Below, piece by piece: positions 18,997 to 29,000 of a DNA stretch of 64,000 bases. The notes below the pieces were generated by a model. It had not been told where the DNA came from, did not search any database, and saw only the letters and a program-made list of their open reading frames with translations. Location: IMG/VR virus record IMGVR_UViG_3300023174_000045, positions 1-64,000 of that record; one strand, written 5' to 3'. Numbering within the stretch: position 1 is the first letter of the stretch; each line of letters begins with the position of its first letter. A program made the translations under genes and the position numbers.

Positions 18997-21312
18997 ATGA
19001 AAAGCATTACAGTTGTAAAGCGCAGTGGCCTTCGTGAGCCGCTGGCATTGGAGAAATGGCAAACCCAAATTGCCAAAGTATGCGCAGGCATAGCAGATGT
19101 TAGCCAGAGCATGGTAGAGATCAAAGCACAGTTGCACTTTTATGATGGTATTACCACTAAAGAAATTGATGGTATTACCCTACGTGCCATTGTGGACTTG
19201 ATTGACGTAGAGTCCAACCCTGATGTTGGGCACACCAACTATCAGTACGTGGCAGGCAAACAGCGACTATCAATGCTACGCAAAGATGTCTATGGCAGTT
19301 ATGATCCTCCCCACTTGTACGAGATCGTAAAGACCAATGTGGCCACTGGCTTGTACACTCCTGAACTCCTGGAGTGGTACTCAGAGGACGACTGGAACAA
19401 GATGAACGACATGATTGATCATGCCAAGGATGAGTCATACAGTTATGCCGCAGTAGAACAGTTGATTGAAAAATACCTAGTAAAGAATCGTAGCACAGGA
19501 CAAACATATGAAACTCCGCAAGTTAGATACATGGTGGCAGCGGCCACTGTATTCCACAAAGAAGAACCTAACACAGCTCGCATGCGCTATATCAAAGAAT
19601 ACTACACAGCAGCCAGCGACGGACTTTTCACTCTGGCAACACCTGTGTTGGCTGGGCTTGGTACTCCTACTAAGCAGTTTAGCAGTTGTGTTCTTATTAG
19701 ATCAGACGATGACCTGGATAGTATATTTGCCAGCGGTGAGATGATGGCCAAGTATGCGAGCAAACGTGCTGGCATTGGTTTAGAGATAGGACGACTGCGT
19801 CCACTAGGCAGTCCTATTCGTGGTGGCGAAATCATGCACACCGGCATGATTCCTTTTTTGAAAAAGTGGTTTGGTGATTTACGTAGTTGTAGTCAAGGAG
19901 GTATTCGCAATGCAAGTGCTACTGTTTTCTATCCTATTTGGCACCTTCAGTTTGATGATCTTATTGTGCTTAAAAATAACCAAGGCACAGAAGAGACTCG
20001 AGTCAGACACATGGACTACGGTGTGGTCCTTTCGGCGTTCTTCTGGAGACGTTTCAAGAACAAAGAGAACATAACATTCTTTGATCCCAACCAAGTACCT
20101 GATCTGTATGAAGCCTTTTATAGCAACACTGCGCTGTTTGAGGAACTGTATGTAAAATACGAAAAAGATCCTACCTTGCGTAAGAAAACCATGAACGCAG
20201 AAGATGTGTTCAAGTCAGGCATCTTGAAAGAACGCACTGACACTGGACGCATTTATCTTGTGTTCATTGACAATGTAATGAACCAAGGCCCATTCAATCC
20301 TGAATATCATACCATTTACCAGAGTAACCTTTGCTGTGAAATACTTCTTCCTACTAAACCCTTTAAACGTCTGGATGACCGTGATGGTCGTATCGCTCTT
20401 TGCACACTGGGCTCAATCAACTGGGGTGCGTTCCGTAATCCAGAAGACATGCGTCGTGCTTGCCGCATACTTCAGCGTAGCCTGTGTAACATTCTTGACT
20501 ATCAAGACTTTCTCTCCATCCAGTCTCAACTCTCAAACGACGAGATCCAGCCCTTGGGCATTGGAATCACAAACCTCGCCTACTGGCACGCCAAACGCAG
20601 CCTCCGGTACGGAGAACAAGACGCCTTGGCTGAAGTCAAGGCGTGGATGGAACATCAAGCCTACTACTTAACCGAAGCCACAGTAGAACTGGCCTGTGAA
20701 CGTGGTCCATGTTTGGACAGTGCAAAGACACGTTATGGACAAGGTGTTTTTCCTTGGGAACTACGTGCTCAAGGTGTAAATGAACTCACAGACTTTGCTC
20801 CAGAACTTGACTGGGAAACTCTGCGTACAAATATGAAACAGTATGGTGTACGCAATGCCACACTGATGGCGGTGGCACCTGTAGAGTCTAGTAGCGTTGT
20901 TATCAACTCAACCAATGGCATTGAAATGCCCATGAGCTTGATCTCAGTCAAAGAAAGCAAGGCAGGTAGCCTTACACAAGTTGTACCCGAGTATCACAGA
21001 CTCAAAAACAAGTATCAAATGATGTGGCAACAAAAAGATTGCGTGGGATATTTGAAAACAGCCGCTGTGTTGGCAGCCTACATTGATCAGTCAATTTCTA
21101 CAAACACTTTCTACAATCCTGCACACTGGCCAGATCGCAAAGTACCTACCACCTTGATTGCCAAGAACTTGATGCAAGCACATCACTGGGGCATCAAGAC
21201 ATTTTACTACAGCCTAATCAACAAACAAGGTGCCCGAGCAGACAAAGAAACTGCACCATTGGAAGTCATAGACTTTGATGATGCGGAAGACTGCGAATCT
21301 TGTAAACTGTAA
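18997..21312 (+). CDS. nrdA: ribonucleotide reductase class Ia alpha subunit
   Basis: ATP cone, QFSSC, SNLCCEI, LCTLGS, APVESSS, C-terminal CESC. Confidence 0.97.
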   Translation: MKSITVVKRSGLREPLALEKWQTQIAKVCAGIADVSQSMVEIKAQLHFYDGITTKEIDGITLRAIVDLIDVESNPDVGHTNYQYVAGKQRLSMLRKDVYGSYDPPHLYEIVKTNVATGLYTPELLEWYSEDDWNKMNDMIDHAKDESYSYAAVEQLIEKYLVKNRSTGQTYETPQVRYMVAAATVFHKEEPNTARMRYIKEYYTAASDGLFTLATPVLAGLGTPTKQFSSCVLIRSDDDLDSIFASGEMMAKYASKRAGIGLEIGRLRPLGSPIRGGEIMHTGMIPFLKKWFGDLRSCSQGGIRNASATVFYPIWHLQFDDLIVLKNNQGTEETRVRHMDYGVVLSAFFWRRFKNKENITFFDPNQVPDLYEAFYSNTALFEELYVKYEKDPTLRKKTMNAEDVFKSGILKERTDTGRIYLVFIDNVMNQGPFNPEYHTIYQSNLCCEILLPTKPFKRLDDRDGRIALCTLGSINWGAFRNPEDMRRACRILQRSLCNILDYQDFLSIQSQLSNDEIQPLGIGITNLAYWHAKRSLRYGEQDALAEVKAWMEHQAYYLTEATVELACERGPCLDSAKTRYGQGVFPWELRAQGVNELTDFAPELDWETLRTNMKQYGVRNATLMAVAPVESSSVVINSTNGIEMPMSLISVKESKAGSLTQVVPEYHRLKNKYQMMWQQKDCVGYLKTAAVLAAYIDQSISTNTFYNPAHWPDRKVPTTLIAKNLMQAHHWGIKTFYYSLINKQGARADKETAPLEVIDFDDAEDCESCKL

Positions 21313-21314
21313 TC

Positions 21315-22229
21315 ATGGACTTTTTAGATCGCGTTGATTTTGAAAATCACGATGGGGTATATCTCTCCATGTTAAATGATGTCTCACGAAATCATTTTTA
21401 TGATCAAATGTTAACTGAAGTTCGAGATCATGATTGTGTGGAAATCGGATTTGGTACTGGGTTGCTGAGCATGTTGGCCTTGAAGCATGGTGCCCGTAGC
21501 ATTGTGGCCTACGAGTCGGATCCTGATCGTTATCGCCTGGGTTGCGAAGTAATCAAAGTACTAAAACTACAAGATCGCGTCACCTTGATCAATCAACGCT
21601 ATGATCATACCTGTGAACATGAGCAAGAGGTAGTGTTCACTGAAACTGTGGATGACAACATCTGGGGCGAAGGTTTATACAACAGTTTGCCTAGACAGCC
21701 AGGTAAAAGATTTTTGCCAGGGCAGTATTTTTTAGAAATATATGCTGTACCAATATCCGCAGCCATTGCCAATGGTTTGATTCAAGCACATGAAGAAAAT
21801 TATTTCTCTCCAGGAGTAGATGTTGATCCCGGGTTTGTGTCATATGTCAACTTGTTGCTGTCAAAAAAATACAACAAACCCGTCAAATCAAAGGTAGGGT
21901 TGCCCAAGGGTGTGACAGAACTAACACCTATGTCGACCTACATAGACTGGACCAACAACAACACTTATGCCGGTCGATATATGGTTGATGCCAACGCATC
22001 TTTTGTGGATCAACCTATTCGTCAACTGCAAGTTGACACAGTCAAGCAGCCAGTGTTGATTGTACCCAGAGCAGGCATGCAACACGGTAGTGAACGTCTT
22101 TACTTGGATACCGGGCATTGGAAACCATCAGCAAATCCTGCTGTGATAAATGCACCCAATAGCCGAGTAATAGTGGAACATGATTTCCGCACTGGAAAAA
22201 TAACATATAAAATAGAGGAGTTAAAATGA
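21315..22229 (+). CDS. SAM-dependent methyltransferase, PRMT-like
   Basis: MLNDVSRNHFY, VEIGFGTGLLS, double-E loop E-TVDDNIWG-E. Confidence 0.7.
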   Translation: MDFLDRVDFENHDGVYLSMLNDVSRNHFYDQMLTEVRDHDCVEIGFGTGLLSMLALKHGARSIVAYESDPDRYRLGCEVIKVLKLQDRVTLINQRYDHTCEHEQEVVFTETVDDNIWGEGLYNSLPRQPGKRFLPGQYFLEIYAVPISAAIANGLIQAHEENYFSPGVDVDPGFVSYVNLLLSKKYNKPVKSKVGLPKGVTELTPMSTYIDWTNNNTYAGRYMVDANASFVDQPIRQLQVDTVKQPVLIVPRAGMQHGSERLYLDTGHWKPSANPAVINAPNSRVIVEHDFRTGKITYKIEELK

Positions 22230-23326
22230 GCCAAGCACAATACAACCTAGCCACCAAAACAGATTACTTACATCGCAAAATGTTTCTTGACCCAGCAGGT
22301 CCAGTCACAATTCAACGATTTGAAGAAGTCAAGTACAACAAACTTGTCAAGTTCGAACAAGAGGCACGTGGCTTTTTTTGGATTCCTGAAGAAGTGTCTT
22401 TGACCAAAGATGCCAACGACTTCAAGGAAGCAAGCGACACTGTGAAGCATATCTTTACATCAAACTTGTTGCGTCAAACAGCCTTGGACAGTTTGCAAGG
22501 ACGTGGTCCTGCACAGGTGTTTACTCCTGTGGTGGGCATTCCTGAACTGGAAGCCTTGATGTACAACTGGAGTTTCTTTGAAACCAACATCCACAGCCGC
22601 AGTTACAGTCACATCATTCGCAACATCTACAACGTGCCCAAGGATGTGTTCAACACTATCCATGACACCAAAGAGATTGTGGACATGGCATCAAGTGTGG
22701 GCAACTACTATGATCACTTGCACATGGTCAACTGTGAAAAGGAACTAGAAGTTCCTGTTAAAGAATCAGCACACATCAAAGCAATTTGGTTGGCACTGAA
22801 TGCGTCATATGCACTGGAAGCATTCCGCTTCATGGTGAGTTTTGCCACGTCATTGGCCATGGTTGAGAATCGCATCTTTATTGGCAATGGCAACATCATT
22901 AGTCTGATCCTGCAAGATGAAATCTTGCACAAGGACTGGACTGCTTGGATCATCAATCAAGTTGTGAAAGAAGATCCACGCTTTGCCGCAGCCAAAGCAG
23001 AATGTGAAGCTGAAGTGTATCAAATGTACCTGGATGTGATACGTGAAGAAAAGGCCTGGGCAGACTACTTGTTCCAGAAAGGTCCTGTGATTGGACTCAA
23101 TGCACAGATTCTCAAAGACTTTGTGGATTACACAGCAGTGGGCGCACTCAAAGAAATTGGTATCAAGTATCAAGAACCTGCACCACGTAGCACACCCATA
23201 CCTTGGTTCATGAAGCATGTGGACACAAGCAAGAAACAGTCGGCTCTTCAGGAAACAGAGAGTACCAATTATGTTTTGGGAGTTATGTCGGAAGAGTTAG
23301 ATTACGATGATTTACCTGATCTTTGA
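22226..23326 (+). CDS. nrdB: ribonucleotide reductase class Ia beta subunit
   Basis: [20 protein letters not shown] di-iron motifs, QETE tail. Confidence 0.96.
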   Translation: MSQAQYNLATKTDYLHRKMFLDPAGPVTIQRFEEVKYNKLVKFEQEARGFFWIPEEVSLTKDANDFKEASDTVKHIFTSNLLRQTALDSLQGRGPAQVFTPVVGIPELEALMYNWSFFETNIHSRSYSHIIRNIYNVPKDVFNTIHDTKEIVDMASSVGNYYDHLHMVNCEKELEVPVKESAHIKAIWLALNASYALEAFRFMVSFATSLAMVENRIFIGNGNIISLILQDEILHKDWTAWIINQVVKEDPRFAAAKAECEAEVYQMYLDVIREEKAWADYLFQKGPVIGLNAQILKDFVDYTAVGALKEIGIKYQEPAPRSTPIPWFMKHVDTSKKQSALQETESTNYVLGVMSEELDYDDLPDL

Positions 23327-23843
23327 TCAATGACCATCCTTTAACTGATTTTTGACGAGGATTAACACCAAATAATGAATGAACATTGACTTTACAAAGA
23401 TTATATTTTGTATATAATTCACATTTGGTGCAATATTCAACAGCACCAGTGGCATGTTGAAAGCCATGTATAGTATGATCATATTGTCCATTCTGTTCTC
23501 CTTTAGTTTTACTCACTCGTCCTTTCATTTTAGATCGTTGTGCTTCTTTCTGAGTTTGGGTTCTAATTATTCCAGCAGAACCTTCGCCACCATCAGTTAA
23601 ATTTCTCAATATGCCAGTACCATTATCTTTACGGCCATACCAGCGTATCAGTCTTCTTTCAAGTGCTAACGCACCAATATCACTTAAATTTTGTTCAACT
23701 AAAACAATGCGAGATCTATCTTTGGGGACAGAAATGATTTTTTGATTTGTCCAGGCACGATATCCTTTGCCTTTACCAATATAATACGGAGTTCCATCTT
23801 TGCGCAAATATGCATAGACGTAAAAGTTTGTTGTTAAATACAT
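23283..23843 (-). CDS. free-standing GIY-YIG homing endonuclease
   Basis: FYVYAY...[24 protein letters not shown]; NUMOD-like basic linker; convergent, overlapping nrdB end by 44 nt. Confidence 0.88.
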   Translation of the reverse strand: MYLTTNFYVYAYLRKDGTPYYIGKGKGYRAWTNQKIISVPKDRSRIVLVEQNLSDIGALALERRLIRWYGRKDNGTGILRNLTDGGEGSAGIIRTQTQKEAQRSKMKGRVSKTKGEQNGQYDHTIHGFQHATGAVEYCTKCELYTKYNLCKVNVHSLFGVNPRQKSVKGWSLIKDQVNHRNLTLPT

Positions 23844-23910
23844 GGCTGATGCCCTCCACGGCATTAGAGTAGTTGGGAATTTCCGTTCCGCGAACTACAC
23901 CTATATTTAT
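23844..23910 (-). promoter_or_regulatory. late promoter plus two-hairpin leader of the endonuclease gene
   Basis: TAAATA, GTAGTT/AACTAC stem with inner GGAA/TTCC, and ATGCC/GGCAT hairpin covering SD GGAGG. Confidence 0.7.
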
Positions 23911-23924
23911 ATAAAAGGAAAAAT

Positions 23925-24152
23925 ATGTATAAACCCAATCCTGCAATAAGAGATTCTGAAGACTTTCAGAACATTCGCACTGTGATGCAAAAGTTTGAAC
24001 GCATTAAAGAAAAGAATCGCTGCTTGCGAGTGCAATTTTTAGACTGGTTGTCAGTGAAAATGCACACCTGGGCAGATGGTGTCAAAGCCATGTCGGATCG
24101 TATCGATTCACCATGTATTATTAAAATTGAACCCAAAGGAAAACAAAAATGA
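23925..24152 (+). CDS. hypothetical protein
   Basis: SD AAGGA upstream; coupled to glutaredoxin. Confidence 0.65.
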   Translation: MYKPNPAIRDSEDFQNIRTVMQKFERIKEKNRCLRVQFLDWLSVKMHTWADGVKAMSDRIDSPCIIKIEPKGKQK

Positions 24153-24370
24153 AAGCCATAGTATGGAGCAAAGACCAATGTGCCTTTTGCGAACAAGCCA
24201 AGGCCTTGTTGGAAAGTCGGGGCATTGAATACGAAGTCCGCAACATCATGCATGACTGGACACGTGAACAATTATTAGAAGCAGTGCCCACTGCAAGATC
24301 AGTACCGCAGATCTTCTTGGATGAAGAATACGTGGGTGGATTTCAAGAACTGCGCCAAAGGTTGCAATAA
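24149..24370 (+). CDS. glutaredoxin
   Basis: CAFC, SVPQIF, VGG motifs. Confidence 0.92.
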   Translation: MKAIVWSKDQCAFCEQAKALLESRGIEYEVRNIMHDWTREQLLEAVPTARSVPQIFLDEEYVGGFQELRQRLQ

Positions 24371-24975
24371 TGACACAGTTCACATCTGACTGGTTCACCA
24401 ATGCACTGGTAAATTTTGAATACATTAAAAATTATCTCAGAGACACACAACCAATCAATGATATTCTTGAAATTGGCAGTCACGAAGGACGCAGTACTTG
24501 TTGGATGTTGGAAAACATGCTGACTGATACAGGCACAATTACTTGCGTAGATCCATTTGCTGACCGTCCTGTCACCGCATTCAGTTACGACACCATCCCA
24601 GAAGATCGCAGTATAGAACAACGTTTTAGATCCAACACAGCAGAATTCAAAAAGCCCAACCAAACTTTGGAAGTGCATGCCAACTTGAGTTTTTTTGCCT
24701 TGGCAGAATTGATTGTGCAAAAACGACAATATGATTTCATCTATGTAGATGGCAGTCACAGTGCTGACGATGTGTTGGCAGATGCAGTGATGTGTTTTGG
24801 CATGTTGCGTCCCGGAGGTGTGATGTTGTTTGATGATTATCTATGGGAAGATGGTGTTCAGGTTTACTTAGGGCGTCCCAAACAAAGCATAGATGCCTTT
24901 GTAAACATGTTCTATCACAGGCTCAAGTTGGGCCTGGTAAATTATCAGTTGGCAATAGTTAAAAAGGAAATATAA
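24370..24975 (+). CDS. class I SAM-dependent methyltransferase (Methyltransf_24-like)
   Basis: LEIGSHEGRS, FIYVDGSH, FDDY. Confidence 0.85.
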   Translation: MTQFTSDWFTNALVNFEYIKNYLRDTQPINDILEIGSHEGRSTCWMLENMLTDTGTITCVDPFADRPVTAFSYDTIPEDRSIEQRFRSNTAEFKKPNQTLEVHANLSFFALAELIVQKRQYDFIYVDGSHSADDVLADAVMCFGMLRPGGVMLFDDYLWEDGVQVYLGRPKQSIDAFVNMFYHRLKLGLVNYQLAIVKKEI

Positions 24976-25271
24976 TGATTGAAGCAGGAAAAACATACAC
25001 CTTGCGCATGGGCTATGGTGAAGAGATTGTGGCAAAAATTACATCATTTGACAGCAGTACTTACACGCTGAGCAAGCCTGTAGCAGTGGTGCCCGGGCAA
25101 CAGGGTATACAGTTGATGAACTCATTGTTTACCGCAGATCCCGAGTCGGATGTCACGGTAAATATATCTAGCGTGGCCATGATCGCCCCTGTGCGTGAAG
25201 ACGTTGGGGACAGTTATTTGGAAGCCACAACAGGTATCAAGCCTGTGCGCAGTAAAATTTTAATGGGATAA
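24975..25271 (+). CDS. small conserved phage protein (Sm-like beta fold suspected)
   Basis: GEEIVAK...TLSKP pattern. Confidence 0.6.
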   Translation: MIEAGKTYTLRMGYGEEIVAKITSFDSSTYTLSKPVAVVPGQQGIQLMNSLFTADPESDVTVNISSVAMIAPVREDVGDSYLEATTGIKPVRSKILMG

Positions 25272-25272
25272 C

Positions 25273-25557
25273 ATGCCAGCAGTACAACGACAAGGAGATC
25301 CAAACTCATCAGGAGGAGTTAACTCTTCGGGCATAGCATCTGTGCGAGTAAATGGGCGTCCTGTGGTCGTGCCTGGGATCTCAGTCTCGCCACATCCTTG
25401 TTGTGGTGGCGACGGCTGCGGCGTACATTGTTCAGCAGTGACCTCAGGCGGTTCAGGATCAGTACGTGCTGGTGGTCGCCCTGTCATACGAGACGGCGAT
25501 TCGGACACTTGTGGACATCCTAGGGTAGCTGGCAGCACCACGGTGAGGGTAGCATAA
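25273..25557 (+). CDS. PAAR-domain spike tip protein (T4 gp5.4-like)
   Basis: VRVNGRPV, VRAGGRPVIRDGD..TCGH, Zn-ligand His/Cys; implies contractile tail. Confidence 0.85.
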   Translation: MPAVQRQGDPNSSGGVNSSGIASVRVNGRPVVVPGISVSPHPCCGGDGCGVHCSAVTSGGSGSVRAGGRPVIRDGDSDTCGHPRVAGSTTVRVA

Positions 25558-26711
25558 TGGCCGAATCCATAGCAACACCACTGCAACTCACAGCAGGTCT
25601 AGGATTCTACGCAGGCAATGCTATCACGGCCAACACCGACTTGTCCAATAACATTTCCAGTTACAATGCATTGGCTCCTATTGCCAATTTGTTGTACACA
25701 ATCAATGCGGCTGCCAGCAATGTCAGTCTCAGCATTGGTGCTGGCACGTTGGCCAACTTGAAAACACTGGGTGCCAATGTGTCAGGCAACTATTGTCCTG
25801 CCCTGGGCGATTCAGTTCCTAGCAATATATCATGGACCGTGGGCAACGCTGGTTATGCCTCTACCATTACCACATCGGCCAGCACGTATTTGGGCTCAGG
25901 AGACTTTAGCAAATTTGCACAGGCATTTGGTGCCGCACAAGGTTACATCAGTTTTACCAACGGAATTATCAACAGTGCAGTCAATGCCAACAGCACTGAT
26001 TATCTTGGTCCAACATTTACCAACATGGACAATTTGATCACTGGGGATCTTGCACAGGTTAATTTGGCATTGGGTGCTCTTGGTGCTGACCTTGCACTGT
26101 GTGGAGATTTATTTGCCTTGGACAACATTGAACAATTTGGAACTCCGGCCGCATTGCTACAACAACTTGCAATCAAAGGCAACATGTTGAATGGTACCAC
26201 ACCGTGTGTGACCACGGCACTGAAAGCTCAAGGCCTAACTGATGCGGCCATTGCAGCCTTGGTCAACAACGATGTTCAAAGTTTGTACAAACCCAACGGA
26301 TTGACTCCAAATCAATTCGACACTTTACAAAAAGCCGCTTATCCAGCATTGACCAATGTTAGAGGTGATTGTTTGCAAAATGTGTTGGACATTTTGGATT
26401 GTACTTTGCCCAACATTGAAACCATGGCTGACTTGTTGGATCCTGTGATGATTTTCCCCACCAGTTATTCCAGTCTCACATTGCCCACGCCCGACGGGCC
26501 TGTGCTGATCTACAACGTAGATGGCAGTGTCAACAGTGCAGTTGAACCCATATTAAATTCAGGTGCATTGACCCCAGTTGGATGTGACCAATTGGCAAAA
26601 ATCATACCTGCGGCCAACGCCGCGGCCAATCGTGCTTTGCAAATTGCATTCCAACAGGTCAAAGGTATCAGTAATACCACAGTACCAAAATTGGCAGCTA
26701 TATTACAATGA
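25557..26711 (+). CDS. putative baseplate/tail structural protein
   Basis: Ala/Asn/Thr-rich, directly after PAAR gene. Confidence 0.55.
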   Translation: MAESIATPLQLTAGLGFYAGNAITANTDLSNNISSYNALAPIANLLYTINAAASNVSLSIGAGTLANLKTLGANVSGNYCPALGDSVPSNISWTVGNAGYASTITTSASTYLGSGDFSKFAQAFGAAQGYISFTNGIINSAVNANSTDYLGPTFTNMDNLITGDLAQVNLALGALGADLALCGDLFALDNIEQFGTPAALLQQLAIKGNMLNGTTPCVTTALKAQGLTDAAIAALVNNDVQSLYKPNGLTPNQFDTLQKAAYPALTNVRGDCLQNVLDILDCTLPNIETMADLLDPVMIFPTSYSSLTLPTPDGPVLIYNVDGSVNSAVEPILNSGALTPVGCDQLAKIIPAANAAANRALQIAFQQVKGISNTTVPKLAAILQ

Positions 26712-27553
26712 CCACCATCACACAAACAGCCGCAGAAACCGCAGCCTATTCACAAAAAATGGGCACACTAAAAGGTCTAGACCTAGCGGCCAATACTACC
26801 ACACCTATACCTGCCGCAGTGGCCACATACTATGCCACCAACATAGCCAAAGGATCAGGGCCCAATGGCACATACTTGACCACAGACTTTTTTGGATCAG
26901 CCGCTGGCATTCCTTACAACACAGATTTGACCACAGTGATCAGCACTATCAATGCTCAACTCACTGCTGGCACACTCACAGCACTCAATACCATATACTC
27001 ACAAATGAAAAGTGTAGTAACATCAGCCTATGGCGCACCACCCACAGTTGTAATACCATCAGGTCCTGCGGCCGGTACCTATGCCACATATGATGCAGCC
27101 ATTGCAGCCTTGGTCACTGCGGCTGACGCGGCCATTGGCACAGCCATCACCGCCATGGGCACTGCTACCACAACACTGAACACTGCCTGGACTGAAATGG
27201 TTCAGCACAGTGTGAACGAAAGTACTTTTCAAACTCAGGCCAGTATTGACTACGCCACGCTCACAGCTGGTGCACAGTTGCCTATCACTGCATTTATCCC
27301 TGCACTGGGTGGGTACGGCCAAGAAACACAAACTGGCATGGCAGCACAGTTTTTAGAAAGCATTGCCAACACCGCCAATGAATATGGTCAGGCCATGGTA
27401 GGTGCGTTACGTGAAGGACGCAACACCGCAGGACTCAACGCTGCCGGACTAATACCTGACAACGATGTGCCTAGCCAACCCAATGCAGTGCCACCGCAGG
27501 CCACACTCAGCAACTCAGAATACACAGTGGCCGAAGCCCGGGCACAAGTGTAA
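26708..27553 (+). CDS. putative baseplate/tail structural protein
   Basis: Ala/Thr-rich helical ORF coupled to previous gene. Confidence 0.55.
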   Translation: MTTITQTAAETAAYSQKMGTLKGLDLAANTTTPIPAAVATYYATNIAKGSGPNGTYLTTDFFGSAAGIPYNTDLTTVISTINAQLTAGTLTALNTIYSQMKSVVTSAYGAPPTVVIPSGPAAGTYATYDAAIAALVTAADAAIGTAITAMGTATTTLNTAWTEMVQHSVNESTFQTQASIDYATLTAGAQLPITAFIPALGGYGQETQTGMAAQFLESIANTANEYGQAMVGALREGRNTAGLNAAGLIPDNDVPSQPNAVPPQATLSNSEYTVAEARAQV

Positions 27554-27575
27554 AAAAGTAGTACTTTTGTAGTAC

Positions 27576-27604
27576 TTGACCAATAATTCCCAAAATGCTA
27601 TAAT
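27576..27604 (+). promoter_or_regulatory. early sigma70 promoter
   Basis: TTGACC-N17-TATAAT, preceded by 11-bp-period GTAGTACT repeats. Confidence 0.85.
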
Positions 27605-27610
27605 AACAGC

Positions 27611-27754
27611 ATGAACCGGGTAAACCAATTTAAACAAAAAGTATTACTAGCATACTATCGTACTAAGTTCACGGTGGTGGAATTGCTGGTGATTGCAATG
27701 CTGATATTTTGGTTGACCAAAAATTCCATTTTGTATATAATAGAGTTATTGTAG
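27611..27754 (+). CDS. 47-aa membrane peptide with prepilin-like N-terminal helix (not in ORF track)
   Basis: MNRVNQFKQKVLLAYYRTKFTVVELLVIAMLIFWLTKNSILYIIELL; ATG 6 nt after TATAAT. Confidence 0.5.
   Translation: MNRVNQFKQKVLLAYYRTKFTVVELLVIAMLIFWLTKNSILYIIELL
27713..27741 (+). promoter_or_regulatory. early sigma70 promoter
   Basis: TTGACC-N17-TATAAT. Confidence 0.85.
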
Positions 27755-27771
27755 TAAAAAAGGAGCCAAAG

Positions 27772-28047
27772 ATGTATTACATTGTTTCTAGAGGTACTGG
27801 GATGATTGTCACAGATGGTCCCAACAGAACCCGTGCTTACAAAACTTTTGGTGCGGCCCGTGCAACACGGACTCGCCTGTGCAACAAAGCAGGGTGGAGC
27901 GTGGACCAACTCAGCATCATTGCCACCAGGTATTACACACCCAAGATGGTTGTGCGTACCAATCTCATGACTGGCAAAGAATTCCTGGAAGATGTCAACA
28001 CCCCCAACTGTTGCTCGCCAGCCAGCGAAACTTTTTGGAGCATGTAA
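27772..28047 (+). CDS. early hypothetical protein
   Basis: SD AAGGAG; ends TPNCCSPASETFWSM. Confidence 0.75.
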   Translation: MYYIVSRGTGMIVTDGPNRTRAYKTFGAARATRTRLCNKAGWSVDQLSIIATRYYTPKMVVRTNLMTGKEFLEDVNTPNCCSPASETFWSM

Positions 28048-28072
28048 TACTTGAGTATTACCGTTTTGGTGG

Positions 28073-28101
28073 TTGACCAATAATTACCAAAATGCTATAA
28101 T
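28073..28101 (+). promoter_or_regulatory. early sigma70 promoter
   Basis: TTGACC-N17-TATAAT; palindrome GTAATACT-TG-AGTATTAC upstream at 28044-28061. Confidence 0.85.
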
Positions 28102-28125
28102 ATGGACATATTGTAACAAAAGGAG
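28090..28125 (+). repeat. 36-bp direct repeat (-10 box through SD), copy 1
   Basis: AAATGCTATAATATGGACATATTGTAACAAAAGGAG identical at 57248-57283. Confidence 0.9.
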
Positions 28126-28131
28126 CCTGAG

Positions 28132-28413
28132 ATGACATACGCAACAATCCAAGAAATTAACACTGCCATCATGTTTGGCAATTTTACAAACGATCAACTC
28201 ACCAGCATTGTGAATGCGGTGCAGTATGCTCGTGCCCAGTTAGGCAAGCAAAAGATCCGCACATTCACCAAAGGTGACACAGTCAAATTCCACAGCACCA
28301 AACGTGGTGTCACTGTCACAGGCACAGTAACCAAGGTTGCCATCAAGTATGTCACAGTCAAAGACGGTGTTATGCTGTGGAAAGTTCCTGCTAACATGTT
28401 GGAGGCCGCATAA
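28132..28413 (+). CDS. early hypothetical protein (SH3-like C-terminus)
   Basis: SD AAGGAG; KGDTVKF..GTVTKV..KYVTV. Confidence 0.75.
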   Translation: MTYATIQEINTAIMFGNFTNDQLTSIVNAVQYARAQLGKQKIRTFTKGDTVKFHSTKRGVTVTGTVTKVAIKYVTVKDGVMLWKVPANMLEAA

Positions 28414-28550
28414 TGAAAGTGGTATACAACAACGTCTTAGGTGGTTGGTACATTGTGCGTGGCGCACATCAAACACCCATCAGTGGCAGATTTGACAGCA
28501 AAGAATCTGCTCTAGCACATCTGCGCAGACGCAATCCTTTGCATTACTAA
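28413..28550 (+). CDS. 45-aa hypothetical protein (not in ORF track)
   Basis: TAATG overlap; MKVVYNNVLGGWYIVRG... Confidence 0.6.
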   Translation: MKVVYNNVLGGWYIVRGAHQTPISGRFDSKESALAHLRRRNPLHY

Positions 28551-28562
28551 CAGGAGAGAAAC

Positions 28563-28988
28563 ATGGGACTTGACATGTACGCATACGTGGCCGCCCGAGC
28601 AGGCCAACAAGAAGAATTTTACGAAGGCTCTGAGTGGGATCCAGATCATAAAGAGCACCGCAATCCCAATGTCAACCGGCCAAGAGAAATTGCATATTGG
28701 CGCAAACATCCCAACCTACACGGCTGGATGGCTGAACTGTGGATGGTGCGTGAAACTGGTGGCGAAGGCGATGTTGACAAGTTCAATGGTGTTGAACTAG
28801 AACTCACTGCCGAGGACTTAGATGACTTGGAGTATGCAGTACAAAACGATCAACTGCCCGCAACGTCAGGATTCTTTTTTGGCGACGGTGCGGATGATTA
28901 CTACAAGCCCAGTGATCTAAAATTTATTCAAGAAGCCCGAGCAGAAATGTTCTTGGGACTAAAAGTATTCTACAACAGTTCATGGTAA
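28563..28988 (+). CDS. conserved hypothetical phage protein
   Basis: MGLDMY, YWRKHPNLHGWM, FFFG, YNSSW; SD AGGAG. Confidence 0.8.
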   Translation: MGLDMYAYVAARAGQQEEFYEGSEWDPDHKEHRNPNVNRPREIAYWRKHPNLHGWMAELWMVRETGGEGDVDKFNGVELELTAEDLDDLEYAVQNDQLPATSGFFFGDGADDYYKPSDLKFIQEARAEMFLGLKVFYNSSW

Positions 28989-29000
28989 CACTGTAAATAT

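Noticed and set aside
18997-23326. Introns or inteins in nrdA/nrdB, helicase or ligase
   Set aside because: ORFs are continuous and of ordinary length; the endonuclease is free-standing
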